A stretch of DNA of 64,000 nt from Pocillopora damicornis (lineage: Eukaryota), in NCBI RefSeq assembly GCF_003704095.1, contig NW_020843420.1, forward strand, positions 1 through 64,000, read 5' to 3'. The translations under genes and the position numbers were made by a program. Numbering within the stretch: position 1 is the stretch's first letter; every line of letters begins with the position of its first letter. The notes below the pieces were generated by a model. The model made no database searches. It saw only the letters and a program-made list of their open reading frames with translations, and was not told the DNA's origin. Positions 23,101-35,442 of this stretch are shown here, in pieces.

Positions 23101-26100
23101 TTGTGGCCGAGCTCAGTGACGGTATGGTTTTAGCACTCAGTAGTTATGGCCCGTCAGGTTCCTTTAAAGAGAAAGAGTCAAAGGAATCAGAAGAAACAGT
23201 GACAGGATATTTAAAGGCAGATACAGTTATGCCCCCCCAGCCTACGCCTAGTCCACAACCCAAAGCAGGATCTCCAAAAGCGCGGAAGAGAGCAGAAGAA
23301 GAGGCTAAAAGAATGGAAGAAATACAACAGCAGCAGGAAGAGGAAAGACTCCGATTGGAGGAAGAAGGTAGACAATTCTCCATACGAAGTTAAATACTGT
23401 AAAATAACTCTAGTCAGCTAATTCAGATTTTTATTTATTGTTTCAGCGCGACGAAAGGCGGAGGAAGAGAAGCTAAGAAAACCATTTCAACACGTGTTTA
23501 TCACATGTCCTGACGGTCAGCATGTACAGTACTTAAACGATGACTGTTATAAGAGTTCAAGTAGTAAGGGTGGAGTGGTTGTGAGACAGAGCTATCCCAT
23601 CAGGCCTCTTGGGTCTGTCAAAGAAAAACCAGCATCAGAAGAAATCTCTCGCACCATTATGACTGATGGTACAGTTATTAGAGTGAGTCTGAGTTTGTTT
23701 CTTCACAATCTTCCTCGTTTTTTTTGTGTTGATATCATTTTCAAATTTTATTCGGTTGATATTCGAGTTAACATGAGAAGAGCGATTTGGAGAGGGTTCA
23801 ACTTTGTTCAGATAATCGGCTCGACAAATCACATATATATTAAGAACCTTAAATTTAGCTTTGTAATTTGAATAAGTTCAGTTTAATGGTCTTGTACTAA
23901 CATTATAAAAATACTCTTTCTCGGACCGTCCACTGACTCTTTCGTTTGATTATATATGCAGCTACTTACCGATGGGAGCGTTCAAGTGCTATTTCCGGAT
24001 GGTGCAATAAGCAAATGTGAATCTTACCCTATGAAAAAGGCCCCTTTTAGTAGCAAGCCAGGCAGTGCTGTAGCCAGACAGGACCCATCGATTACAGCAG
24101 CTAAGAGAAGCGTTCGTGGGCCAGGAACAAATCCAAAACCATTGGAGGAGCCTTTGGTGCCAGCGATCTCGCTCCCTGATAAAGTACCTGTATGGTCTAG
24201 TACAGGTGTGGATGGGAGTAAAGTGCTGAGTCTGCCTGAAGGAGGCTATAAGACTGTTAATGGACTGCACTGTTCCACAGCCACGTGTCCTCAAAGCGGA
24301 CAGGTTAGTACAAATGATCGAGAGGGGTTGGGGGCTGGTGAGGAATGAAAGTAAACCGGTGTTATTAAGTAGTTTTAGTTGTGTCCATACACCAAATCTC
24401 ATTTCCTAAATTTTTTTATCTTTCGATATGTCGTTTTTTGATGAAACAATTATTGTGAATTTGTTTATATGTTTATTAAGTAATCCAAAGAACCAGTCCC
24501 TGTTGATCATTACCTGACGTTTTTTACATTACGATTTATTCAACTTCTCTATAGCCGCCATGTGCCTGTCAAGTGCTTGTGGGGTAGGATCCATTCCTTA
24601 GCGCGAACTTTAGAGTAAACGGTGAAACAAAACACGCATTTCTTTGAATGAAATTGTATTTTTTAGGTACTGAAAACGCGCGAGGATAATGTTGTCATAA
24701 TTGAGCGTCTGGATGGGACACGAATTGTGGAACACGCGGACGGAACACGTTTGACGACATTCTATAAAAAGGTTGAACAAGATATTCACGTCCCTGACAA
24801 TGAGGCGGGAGAACAGGGTGTCTACTCTGACGTCACCAAAATGTTCGTGAAGGTAGAATGCATAGGATTCCCTACCCTAGTTTTTGATCGTGATCTGGGT
24901 TCGTGCGAAACTATATTTGGGAATGGCACAAAAGTTGATACACAAGCAGATGGCGTGTGTATTATGTACAGACCTGATGGGAGTCAGTTGCACATAGAAG
25001 CAAAAGGTGAGACTCTAAGAGTATCTTAAGTAGTAGCGCCGGGATACGAATTTTATCACTGTTTTTTTTAGAATAAGGACGAATAAAAAATGTGGAAATT
25101 ACGCCAAGCGGATGACCATGACAATTCTGAAGATACTACTGTTGGTCTTTCACCAATATTTACATTAGAAGACAAAGACTGGATTTAGAATGTGTTCCTG
25201 ACACTTTAGGGTAAATTGTCGGGTCGTATGCACCTTTTTCAGGTATTGTGTCCTACTATGGCCGTGACACGCAAAATTTAAACAAAGATTACGGGAACGC
25301 CAAGGCACCGACGGGGGTTTATGTCATGCGCACTGCCAATCAACTCTGTTTTGAAATGACGGATGAGAGAGGGACACACTTTACTGTCTTGTCAAACGGT
25401 CGCATTACAGTTGACAAGGAGGAAACTGAATCCACATACCAAGATATGGTTGCGAAGCCAGATTATGCGTCAAATGAGAAGAAGGAGCGTTTAGAACCAG
25501 GGCCCTTAGAGAGAGCACCTGTAAGTCCCATAGTACCTCGTTTTTTTGTAATCCATGCCGATGGGTCAGGCTCTGAGCTTTTGCGCAGTGTTGACGTGCA
25601 GGAATTCTTGAAACAAGCCGAGGATGACCCATTAACAGCTGTTTTAAGGAGCCCCTTGGAAGGACATGCCGACGTAACGGGGATCACTATCGTGAAGCCT
25701 TATTCCGGTAAGCGACTACCTAGTTGATTCAGCATGATTTATTATACTACTGGTATTAAAAACCAACAAACTGGTATAGCAGAATATTGTTAAAGCCTAG
25801 AAAAGGAACAAGGGAATCATCGCTCTGTCAGTAAAGTGTGAAAGCCATAGTTATGTTGAAAAAATTCCAATAACAACTATTGTGTGTCATTAATCAATAT
25901 GTAATATCATAACGGCAGTAACAATCAATATCTAATGGAACAACAGCAGTAATTAATACTGTAGGTGACTTAAGCTCATTTATCTAACCCTAACTCTAAC
26001 CCTAACCCTAACCCTAACCCTAACCCTAACCCAACACTCGACGAGTTCACAGTCTGCATGTCCTCCAAGCAGTGTTTCGATTGAAATGCAGGTGGAACTG

Positions 26101-29100
26101 GGAAGATCTGGTTGAAAGAAAAAGATGAGGGGCTCATCATTCCACCAGGGCTTAGAGAGAGGGACTTCAAAATGATGTCTTCGAGAGAAGTTGAAAAGCC
26201 AGGACCTGTATTTGGCACTAATGCTGGTAGGAACTCTGTCTGAAGGCGTTTTTTTTGGGAGTTTCGTTCGGTTTTTCTGATCATATTTTCCTCTGATACC
26301 AGATGTTCCACCGAATTGGATACGTTTGTCTTTTAATACCCTTAGGTAGCGGCCTTAGCGTTGGCTCCCGTGTGAAACCGACTCTCCTTCCTAATGTCAA
26401 TTGTCCACGGGTTCTAGAGTTCCGTCAACTTATTCAGTATAAGCCGTTGACTCTGGACCAAAGACAGCAGATGGTGAAGGCCATACAAGCTTATAGCGAT
26501 TACCTGGAAAAGAGACAAACAGGATTGGACTACTTACTGCCAAGAGACCCAAGAAATGAGAGTGAGAAGCTGGTTGCCGAGGAACTGGAAGATAAAGTGA
26601 GAGAATATCTCAACTGTTGTGGTTACTTTTCTGGTGGCTTCTTTGAAATTTCTCGCACTGATTTTACTCAAGTATTTAAAAAGAAAAGAAACGGAGAATG
26701 CAGTCGTTCACGTTTGTCGATAGGAACTCTATTCATCTCAGGCTTTTTACAATATTACGATGATTGACGTTTTGATTTTAGGTAAGGTTCCATGAAAGTG
26801 CAGATTATAAAGTTAAGGCTCATGGGAAACAAGGTAAATAAGCAAGTGGTCTACAGTCTTAGTAATGAAGTGTTTCTATTTTTATTGTAATTGGTGTATT
26901 TTTTTTTCGTGAGCAAACCACAAATTGGTTGGGACGCTGCCAAGTGTAAAAAGGACTAAATATTTTCAACAACTGATACCGTATCAGGCCTTGGTTGACA
27001 ATCGTTAGCAGGTACCAACACCATAAGATATGTTACTTGCAAGGTCAAAAAAATTTGAGGGCCGACTTGAAACAGAAGGACATTAACAGCTTGTTGACAG
27101 ATTCAAAATGACCCATCTTTATCCACATATACACTTATCCTCCCCGTTGCGAGGACTCTCTGTACCCTGATCATTATAGTAGTATTATACCGTCTTAAAG
27201 GATTATTTGAGCTTATTTTCACCTTTTTCATCCTATTTAATAGGAATATTGTTGGAAGATGAAATACTAAACACAGCTGAAGCATTCTCTGGTGGGTTAA
27301 GGCTCTAATGATGAAAGAAATCTTTTTGTATAACCACTTAGCAACCTTTTGTTTAATTTCTTTACTAACAACATCATTGTGAAACAACTAGGAATGATCT
27401 GCTTTAGCTTACTTATCGTGTCGTGTTTTTTGGGGCAGATTCATTAAAATGTTTTCATACAGGAAAAGTGTCAGCGGACCTATTGATTTTTCATATGATA
27501 TTATCAGTTTTTGAGCTGTCCTTAACCATTTTGTAATGTAGGCAAGACGAAAAATCGGGATATCAGCCGCGCATATGTCGACGAAATAACTCCAGACCCA
27601 GTCCTACCTCCTCCACCCCCAAAATGGAAAAGATCTTTGTCAGAGTGGGAGCGGGATCAAATAGAACTGGCCGAGCTGGATTATGGGAAACATGCTTTAA
27701 GATACAAAGAAGTTCCTCCCTATTTCGAAACGAGATCAGGTATGAAGCTATCAACAAGTTAATAAATGCAGAGAAAAAAGGGTCAATATCAGCTTGTGAA
27801 AAGATTTCAATTGTAGCGTTAATAGAAGTGTCTTTATGTCAGGGCAAGAGTTTCTGAAAGGTATTCACAGCCCAAAGGTCCCGGATATGGAAGCGTTAAC
27901 TTCAGAATTAGCAAATCAAACACGTCATCCACCCCCTGGAGAAAGTAGCCCCGCTGAAACACCAGAAATTGTTGTACACGAGGAAAGCGCTACGTCTGAC
28001 TGCACAGGTATGATGTATTCGATTATCTCTACACCGTTGTAGTTTATTTGCTTTCCTTTGTTTACTTCGGATTTTTGTACAAGTCTGTACTTTTCAAATG
28101 TACTTGGAATTGTTGCACATGTAATTTTATGTAAACTGTTTTCTATTTTGTTCTTTTGGTTGAAGGGCATTAGTGACGTGAAACTGTTGACCCATTATTA
28201 TCCCTGATTCTTACAACAGGTGAAGGAAGCAAAATTGCTCCTAGCCCTGATGTTGTTCTCCCTGCAACAAGTGGAGAGCTTTCCTCGCATCCAGCGGGAG
28301 AACCAAGTGCCACGCCAAACGGCATAAGACCCACTAACCCCACTCCTGCGCACGCTACTGGTAACGGCACCCCCACCCCTGTCCGTCCAACTAATCCTAC
28401 TCCTTCACAGGCCTTCACGACCGCTAATCCTCGTCCTAGTAATCCAACACCTCGCCAGGCTTCTGAGCCTCTTTCCCAAGATTCCCCCCTCCAGGGGGAC
28501 TCCCCACAGTGGAGAAACAATTTAGAGTCTGCTCAGGAGGTGGATGTTCCGTCGTCGCAGGAGGAGAGATTGGAAGGACCCATCGAACCAGAGGACGCAG
28601 ATGGCTATGAAAACGGTCCAGTGTTTTCAGGTGAGGTGCTATTGCAACGGTTCATCATGTTATGCTATGCAATGCTATGCAGTGCTGATCTGTGCTACTC
28701 CATACGGTGAACTGTTGTGTTCTGTTACCTGCGTGATGTGAATTCTGTTAATTATGTATGTGTCATGTCATGTCTTGTTATGAATCCAGTAACTTACTTA
28801 GTTTGCTTTGTTTTCACCTAAATTACTTTTTAAAATCAGATTATGAACGTTATTTGAATGGTTCAATTTTCTCTTAACAGTTGAAATGCCGCACATCAGT
28901 CCCAGAAGTTTGTACTTTGATGTTACCGGAGAAACCAGGAAAGCTAAAGTTAAACTTCCCAGCTGTATAAAGGGTTCTAAACCTGGAGCTCTTCCCAACA
29001 GCCAGGTGTGTTACTGCAATTGACACCTGTTGTACAAATTTGAATTAATCAACTCGTAGCCAAAATGTTCTCTTTTCCGTAAACCATGGGGTTACTTAAA

Positions 29101-30147
29101 CCAAACATTAGTGAAGTGAGAGCGGTGCGTTGTTGGAATTTGCGGTTTGTTGTAACTTCCTAGCACCTTACGGGGAGAGTGAGAAAGGTTTTATTTCTCG
29201 TTTCTTCACGATCATAATTTACTGTACACTACTTGAAGTTAACTCAGTCTCTATTCATTGTGATGTTAAGTTCTGATCATCATCTGTTATTTGTTTAAAC
29301 AAATTTTAGTTCTACGAAATTGAGGACCCCGTGCGCCGTCGTGTACACACAGTGTCTGTGACGGGTGGTGATCAGCAGAAAGTCGAGAATCTTCGAGGCT
29401 TTGAGTTGCTGCCGCCACAGGTGTCTTTTGGGGTGCTAAAGGAAGGCTGCACTTATGTTCATAGTGTACTACTGAAAAATGTCGGCATTGATAGCTGTCG
29501 GTACAAGATAAAGCAGCCACCACCATCGACTGGCTTGCGTATTCTTTATCAACCTGGACCTGTAAGCCTTGTTTCTTCTATCGTGTTATTAATCTACTGT
29601 CAGAAACCCAACATATGTTATCATGTTCCGCTTATTTTTGAAGGTGGCGGCGGGTATGAACTCTGTTCTGGATGTGGAGATTTTTGCTGTGGCAGTAGGC
29701 GTGGTCGGAGATAGTGGTTTAGGTCACGTGGGACATCATGTGGAAATAGTTACAGAGACCGACATACTTTATCTTCCTGTTACAGCAAATATCCTTTTTA
29801 ATCAAACCCGTGTTTATTAAGAAATAAGGTCAGTTGAGATGAATGCTTAAGTGAACAAGGCTTGGTGTGACATCTTGCCACTCCTAGTTAAGTTCACCTT
29901 CCTTTCAAAGCTAGGTATTGTCGAAATCGACTGCTTTAGTAATCTTAATTTGATGATATTTACTATTAGGGTCTTTCCTTGACTAGTGCTACCCATCATG
30001 ACTGTGTACGAGTATGAAATCCGCTATGGTGACACCGAGGAGGGCCTGGTGCAAGGAACGCATCGCGTACCCAACAGGCCGCCATCCAGAGACCCCACTC
30101 GGCCCCGTAAAGAAGGAGACTACGCTGTGATAAATACGTCTGTTTGA
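14059..30147 (+). CDS. SPAG17: Sperm-associated antigen 17 (PF6 orthologue, axonemal central pair C1a projection), 28 coding exons, ~2221 aa
   Basis: Exons 14059-14145, 14303-14443, 14797-15009, 15119-15311, 15876-16063, 16699-16923, 17254-17452, 18051-18172, 19187-19321, 20166-20726, 21297-21509, 21959-22208, 22549-23367, 23447-23682, 23962-24303, 24667-25006, 25243-25707, 26092-26226, 26346-26596, 26782-26833, 27244-27291, 27542-27739, 27843-28007, 28220-28630, 28881-29005, 29310-29561, 29644-29788, 29993-30147. Phases are consistent and total 6666 nt. SPAG17 motifs: [66 protein letters not shown]...[11 protein letters not shown] (PapD-like C-terminus). The small exons 26782-26833 and 27244-27291 are least certain. 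Confidence 0.93.
14641..14769. repeat. Fold-back inverted repeat in SPAG17 intron 2
   Basis: AGGTAATTTAGTGTTATTTACAACTGAGTTGAAAACGTAAATTGGC... is mirrored by ...GCCAATTTACGTTTTCAACTCAGTTGTTAACACTAAATCACCT. Confidence 0.85.
15470..15545 (+). mobile_element. tRNA-derived SINE-like head
   Basis: A-box-like TAGTCCAGTGG and B-box-like GGTTCTAGTCC; no complete cloverleaf. Confidence 0.45.
16924..17253 (+). other. Probable GC-AG intron (SPAG17 intron 6)
   Basis: AAG|GCAATT is the phase-0 donor that keeps ...[15 protein letters not shown] colinear with SPAG17 homologues. Confidence 0.6.
18362..18564. mobile_element. piggyBac-like MITE
   Basis: TIR CCCTTTAACTCCC / GTAGTTAAAGGG flanked by ATAA on both sides. 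Sister copy at 60687-60889. Confidence 0.8.
19861..20064. mobile_element. Repeat between (TA)n tracts carrying two inverted, degenerate type I hammerhead motifs
   Basis: Plus motif TCTGT-CTGACGA-GCGC ttag GTGC-AAAA-CTCAGAGTC-ACAGA at 20012-20053; mirrored motif at about 19955-19992. Homologous to 62250-62582. Confidence 0.7.
20786..21005. repeat. 76-bp tandem repeat, about 3 copies
   Basis: Units start at 20786, 20862 and 20938 (TAGGGTAGCTTTACGCTGTAAACCTTGGCTTCTC...). Confidence 0.9.
21740..21785 (+). ncRNA. Minimal type I hammerhead ribozyme motif (Penelope pLTR type)
   Basis: ATTCATCC-CTGATGA-T-GCCGT aga ACGGC-GAAA-GCTC-GGAGTGAAT: intact core boxes, 5-bp stem II, bulged stem I, palindromic AGCT stem III. 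AATAAA follows immediately. Confidence 0.72.
25984..26032. repeat. Interstitial (CCCTAA)n telomere-like repeat
   Basis: About 8 units in a SPAG17 intron. Shorter tracts at 48079-48093 and 62309-62332. Confidence 0.9.
29789..29992 (+). other. U12-type (minor spliceosome) AT-AC intron, last intron of SPAG17
   Basis: Donor ATATCCTTT; branch site TTTCCTTGAC at 29974-29983; terminal AC at 29991-29992. Splicing gives [16 protein letters not shown] and a 155-nt last coding exon. Confidence 0.92.
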
Positions 30148-30563
30148 TACAAAGTTAATGCTTCTGAATCACGAGTGCTTATGGAGTGTTATCCCTTGTT
30201 TTCGTTTTCTTTTTTTTAAGGAGTTGTTTACTTAGTTCAGTGTTTCCTGCTTGTACAAATGTAATAGAATTGTCTCATATATTTATATGAATTTGTATGT
30301 TTTTCTGTCGTTTGGCTTAGCTTCGTACTTACAGGTTAGTAAACAAGTTTACAGCAAGAGATGGGAGTTGCTGATGTATACTACATCTGCAAATTAGTTG
30401 TGGTTATTACAGTGTTCAGTGTTCTTCATCTACCTGGATTGTTATGTTTGATCCCTTAAGTTGGCCTAGCCAGCCAACCCCCTCCACGCCCCCAGTCTTT
30501 ATGGGCAACTTGGTGCGAGTGGATCGCTAAAACTTCAGACTAACCAAGAACGTACCCTCGATT

Positions 30564-31107
30564 GAATATGAAAGCGACCTTCGCAGTAATGAATACTACT
30601 TGAGCAGTAGTGAAAATAAGGCCTGAAAAAAGTTCAGCCCTGTACAGGATTCGAACCCATGACCTATGCTATACCGGTGTAGTGCCCTACCACCTGAGCT
30701 AACAGGCCAACTGGGAGCTGGTCACTATGTTGGTTCGTGATAAACCCTGAAGTGGTGAATAAATGATTGTGAATATATGAAAATCATATACGTGAACTGC
30801 GGGTTAAGAAATGAATATGTAAGCGATCTTCGTAGCAATGAACACTACCTAAACTGGGAGCTGGTCATCATTTTGGTTCGTAATAAACATAGATGTCACA
30901 TATATGATTTTCAGTTGGCTTAGTTGGTAGGCACTGCACTGGTATCGCAGAGGTCATGGGTTCGAATTCCGTACAGGCCTGATTTTTTTTCCAGGCCTTA
31001 ATTTCCCCACTGCTTAAGTAGTGTTTATTACTGGGCAGATCGCTTTCATATTCACGTCGTTATCCACAGTTCACATAAATGATTTTCATATATTCACAGT
31101 CATTTAT
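30564..31107. mobile_element. Head-to-head inverted pair of tRNA-derived repeats (family B)
   Basis: Plus head GGCTTAGTTGGTAGGCACTGCAC...GGGTTCGAATTCCGTACAGGCC (about 30917-30980) is mirrored at about 30637-30712. The tails are also inverted copies. Confidence 0.8.
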
Positions 31108-33299
31108 GTACCCTCGGGTTGCTCCGTGGAGTTAGTTTGTTGCCAGGACTTAGTTCTTGAATGGATGAACTTTTTTCTTAATGAGTCTTGTAATTTTCGA
31201 TGGATAAAGAAAGGAAATGCCAAGTTAAGGGTCAGAGTATAATCCTTGCGGAAGTTGAATCAGTTCATGGGTCTTCCTTTAACTTACACCGGGTATTAAC
31301 GATCGAGTTATTGTTAAGGTGGACATTATTGTTAGAATTTATTCACCATGAGTGTTTCTTAGATGGAAGACAAATGTCAGAAGCAGGGTATGTTACACTG
31401 TAATGTGGTCCCATGTGGTACACTATGAGAGTGGGGTGAAAGGGGGGGGGGGGGGGNNNNNNNNNNNNNNNNNNNNNNNNNNNNNNNNNNNNNNNNNTCT
31501 TGGGTGCCTGGAGCAAGAGCCGCTAATGTTTCATATAAACGACAGCCTGAAAGCTTTTATCTCAATAAGTTAACGTTACAAGACTTAAAAGCAGTGGGCA
31601 TCTCAAAATATTTTATTACAATTCTTTTGGAATGTATATATTATTTTTTTTGTAAAAATATCTCTCGGTGATCAATATAATATACTATCAGAGTGTTTAT
31701 GGATGAGATAATCAAAAGCGTATGTAGTTATTTGCGTTTGGTAAGTACATCACGAAAATACTAGTAAATACGATATTTGGAATCTTAAGAAGGTCATATT
31801 AGTAAAAGTAAGACAACATATCGATTTCAATTATATAATCAAAATATAGTAACGTGTTTAAACGTGACCGGTTTACCAGTCAGAATATGACATTAGTGAC
31901 AGTCACCACACAATCAGTTGCTCAAATAACCCACGAATTGTTTCAGAAATTCACTTAGGGTAGCTCTAGACCAGTTGGGTTACTTCCGAGGGGTTCTTAG
32001 AGGAGACACGCCACACCTTAAATTTTAAAGTTGTTGGTTTGTAATCAGTGACAATGTTACTCATCAATATCCCAACTCGCTCATTTAGGCTGTTTTAATA
32101 TTCAACCAATCTCCTATATCATAGCCTTTGCTACCCTTGACGACACTTTTTCAGGTCAAAAACAAACGAAAAAAATATAATGAAGTAACGCCTTTGAGAA
32201 CCCTCTGAGCGCGTGTAGAATAAAAAATCGAAGGCAAGTTAAAAATCTTCAGTTAGGTTGTTTGAGTGTCTGACTGACAGTCCAGTGAATGCCACAGTGA
32301 TATTTGAACCGTCTGAAAATAGATATACCATATGCAGTTCACATACAGCGCACAGTTAACTCGTTTGACTTAAAATCACAACTGTCTGCTCAGATTCAAA
32401 TCCAGACTTTGGGCGCAATTTGGAATGGTCATGACTGTTCAGAGGCAACTGCTTGTTCACCCATTTATTTTGAATCAAAAAATATATTTTCATCTAAAAC
32501 AATGTAGATTCGTCTGCGTTTGATAGTTAAGGATGGTAGATTTGCCTTATCACAGAAGAGCAAATAGAAAAGAATTGAGATTCACATCGCTGAGATTCAT
32601 TGCCAGTGTAATGATCCCGATCAGCTTCTAAACACATTATTGCTAATATTTCGGTATATTTATGTGTCAGTAAAAACGCTAACGTATTTGCGCGTAGTGT
32701 ACTTATATCCAGAGTATATAGATTTAGCTGGAATCCATCTTTGAATAGAACCATTGAATTAATCAATTAACTATGCACACAGTTCATTTTAATTCCAGGA
32801 AATGTAAAAACTTCCTCTTTTCAGTAGGTGATTGAAACAGTTTCCGATTTCAAACCTGAAGAACAGTAACAAATAGTCCAGTTAAAAGTGAAGTTCTCAC
32901 CATACTATACTTACGTTCACACCTGGACATACAAATTTCATGGAAAAAAAAAGACAAAAACAATAGAAACCAAAGAAACAAACAACGAAACGAGGCTTGA
33001 TGTGCTCAATCTCTGGTGGGAAACTCTAAGGAAATAATTCAAGGACCAGAGGAAAATGAATGCCATTCAAATTATTCTTTACTGAAACTGGCACAAGTTT
33101 TAGCTTGTGACCTGCACTTCACTAAAATGACAACACCCTTCAGTTTGCTCTGTTTTTCTGTGCCTTTTCCATAAAAACAACAAAGAAGTAGAGAATAGCG
33201 AGAAAGGCTGCAAAGGAGAACAAAAACAATAGAAGTGGTGGCCTCAATGTAAAGCAACGCTAAGGTGTTGGCGTCAATTTAAAGGACACGACAACAGAA

Positions 33300-33790
33300 A
33301 GACCTAGCGAGACTGCTGTAAGTCTTGAGCCATACTCTAACAAGACCACTGCAAGGTGGCAGATAGGTAGATATCATGACCAGAAAACAAGACTGGAGCC
33401 AGGTTGATGCAAGACTGCAAGGAAACTGCAGGACTGCTGCAAGACAGAACATAACTGATACCAAAGCATGTCTGTAACCACATTGCAGTGGAACAGAAGA
33501 AATTTTGAGAGATAGAATCGAAACTAAAGACTGTAGCAAAAATGCAACCAGACTGTGTCAAGAAGGGCTGCTGTAAGACATACACAAGACTGCAGCAAGT
33601 CTGAACCCAGAAGTCAACAAGAAAGTAAGACAGCAGCAAAATGAGAATGAGAAGGCAACCAGTCTGAAGCTAGAGTGCAAAAAGACAAGAGTAAGACTAC
33701 AGCAAGTCTGCAACCAGACTGCAAGACAGTAGCAAGAGAGAAATCAGACTTCAACAAGGCTATCACCACACTGTAGCCAAGCTGCACCAC
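33300..33790. repeat. Degenerate short-period repeat (AGACTGCA(G)CAAG-like)
   Basis: Recurrent AGACTGCAAG / GACTGCAGCAAG / CAACCAGACTG motifs. Confidence 0.6.
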
Positions 33791-35304
33791 AACAGAGGTA
33801 GGACTTCTGACACCCCAAAGGAAAATTAGGGAAAGATTGGTTAAAAAAAAGTACCATTAGCTGTTTGTCACCCTCACCTTTTTTTAAGACATGCAAAAGG
33901 ATAACAGGATGTCATGACTATGAAACAAGGTTACTTGTCAGAGAAGGAATACACATCAAGAAAACAGCTGAAAATTTGTCATTAATAATAATTAAGGAAC
34001 GTAGATTCCACCAAAGACATGCAGACAAGCCTTTTATGGGAGTGACAGGCTCAATAATTACAGCAGTTCCTTTATAAACCACAATGACACAGAGGGAAGA
34101 GGAGGNNNNNNNNNNGGAGGAGGAGGAGATAGAAAGGGTTGTGGCCAAGACGATGGCAATCAAGTGGCAGTTGAATGAAATCTAGTTTTGGTTATCCAAT
34201 GGCACCACTAGTAAAAGTTAAAAGAATGTTACAATTGAACAAGTTTAGTCTCAAAATTAGATCTTTATTGTTACAATCAATAACCACATGACTTCACAAC
34301 ACAGAGAAATAAACAGAATTTCTAACGCACACTTAACATGAAAGCCAAATATCAACAATGTCACAGAATTTCACTGTACAGCATATAACATTGTATAACT
34401 GATGACACTATGAATTAACATGCATATTTCAATTTATCTTCATTGATTAAATTGTTACCCTATCCAGCTATATTATAATTACATTTATCATCATCATTTA
34501 TAACAAATCACCAACAAAACAAAATTCACTCCACATACAACAACACAACATAACACACCAGTTACAGAACAATGACACTGAATTGTCTGTGTAATAACTT
34601 CCTCCATCACAGACACCATACATAACCCTTTCAGCAACACCAGATATTATTACAGTCAAATGCAAAACAATATTTTTACTAATTCAACTAGTATAACCAG
34701 TAATAAAGATTTGCATACAAAATATGATGCACATATTTTATGTCTATTACATCATCTACATGTACACTCAGAATCTTTGCTCCAATTTTATGAATGGTAA
34801 GAAAATTAAGTCTGTCTTCAAAAAAGAGTAAACAGACAAAGAGCAATAAAGAACATGTCTGTTAAATAAACCATTGCTTGAATGAAAAGGGCCAGTAGTT
34901 ATGCTGGAAAGGTACAGCAGAATGAAGTCGACTGAACAGCAGAAAATGAGTCTAAATACTAAATGATAGAAATCTTTCACTCACTTAAGCTAAATTAGTT
35001 TGCCAGGTAAAATCAATAAGTGGTTTAAATGTATGCATAGAATGATGCAATTTGTTTTACTCCTTAAGAATTTTATTTGTACATGTCATCTATCTTGCTT
35101 TAGCTTTTTATACATATGCAATTAGAAAGGGAAAAAATGCAAGTGCAGCTGAAAGGGCAGTCTAGTGACATACATTGACAACACTACAACATATAAATTT
35201 CAGTATATATTACATTATTAAATCTGATAAATTCTCTTCAAACATACAGAAATATATTAGGATCATTTGTTACAAAACTCATTTTTTGCAATAGACACTA
35301 ATCA

Positions 35305-35442
35305 ATTAGTCCATAGTCAAGTGCAGACTGCAGGCACAACACAAAGAACTTTAGCAGTTTCTCCAGGCTTTACATTTAGCCTGGTTATTAGTTGGTCTTC
35401 TGCAGAATTAGTCTAGTAAGAAAGAGAAGTTATGTGTTAGTA
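35305..35442 (-). promoter_or_regulatory. Cluster of four ACUAAY Quaking response element cores in the QKI 3' UTR
   Basis: Plus-strand RTTAGT at 35305-35310, 35387-35392, 35407-35412 and 35436-35441 (the last reads UACUAAC in sense). One more at 34994-34999. Candidate minus-strand AATAAA at 34264-34269. Confidence 0.6.

Noticed and set aside
25984-26032. Telomeric repeat as a chromosome end or fusion site
   Set aside because: Short, single-orientation tract inside an intact intron with colinear exons on both sides.
28170-28520. Minus-strand Gly/Val-rich ORF (and other antisense ORFs over SPAG17 and WDTC1 exons)
   Set aside because: Shadow frames of plus-strand coding exons.
29789-29820. SPAG17 ending at [10 protein letters not shown] as in the ORF track
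   Set aside because: The U12 donor, branch site and AC acceptor plus an in-frame downstream exon explain the region better.
30637-30980. tRNA genes (also 6428-6495, 15470-15545, 54669-54735)
   Set aside because: A/B boxes are present but acceptor and anticodon stems do not pair properly, and the heads are embedded in repeat bodies.
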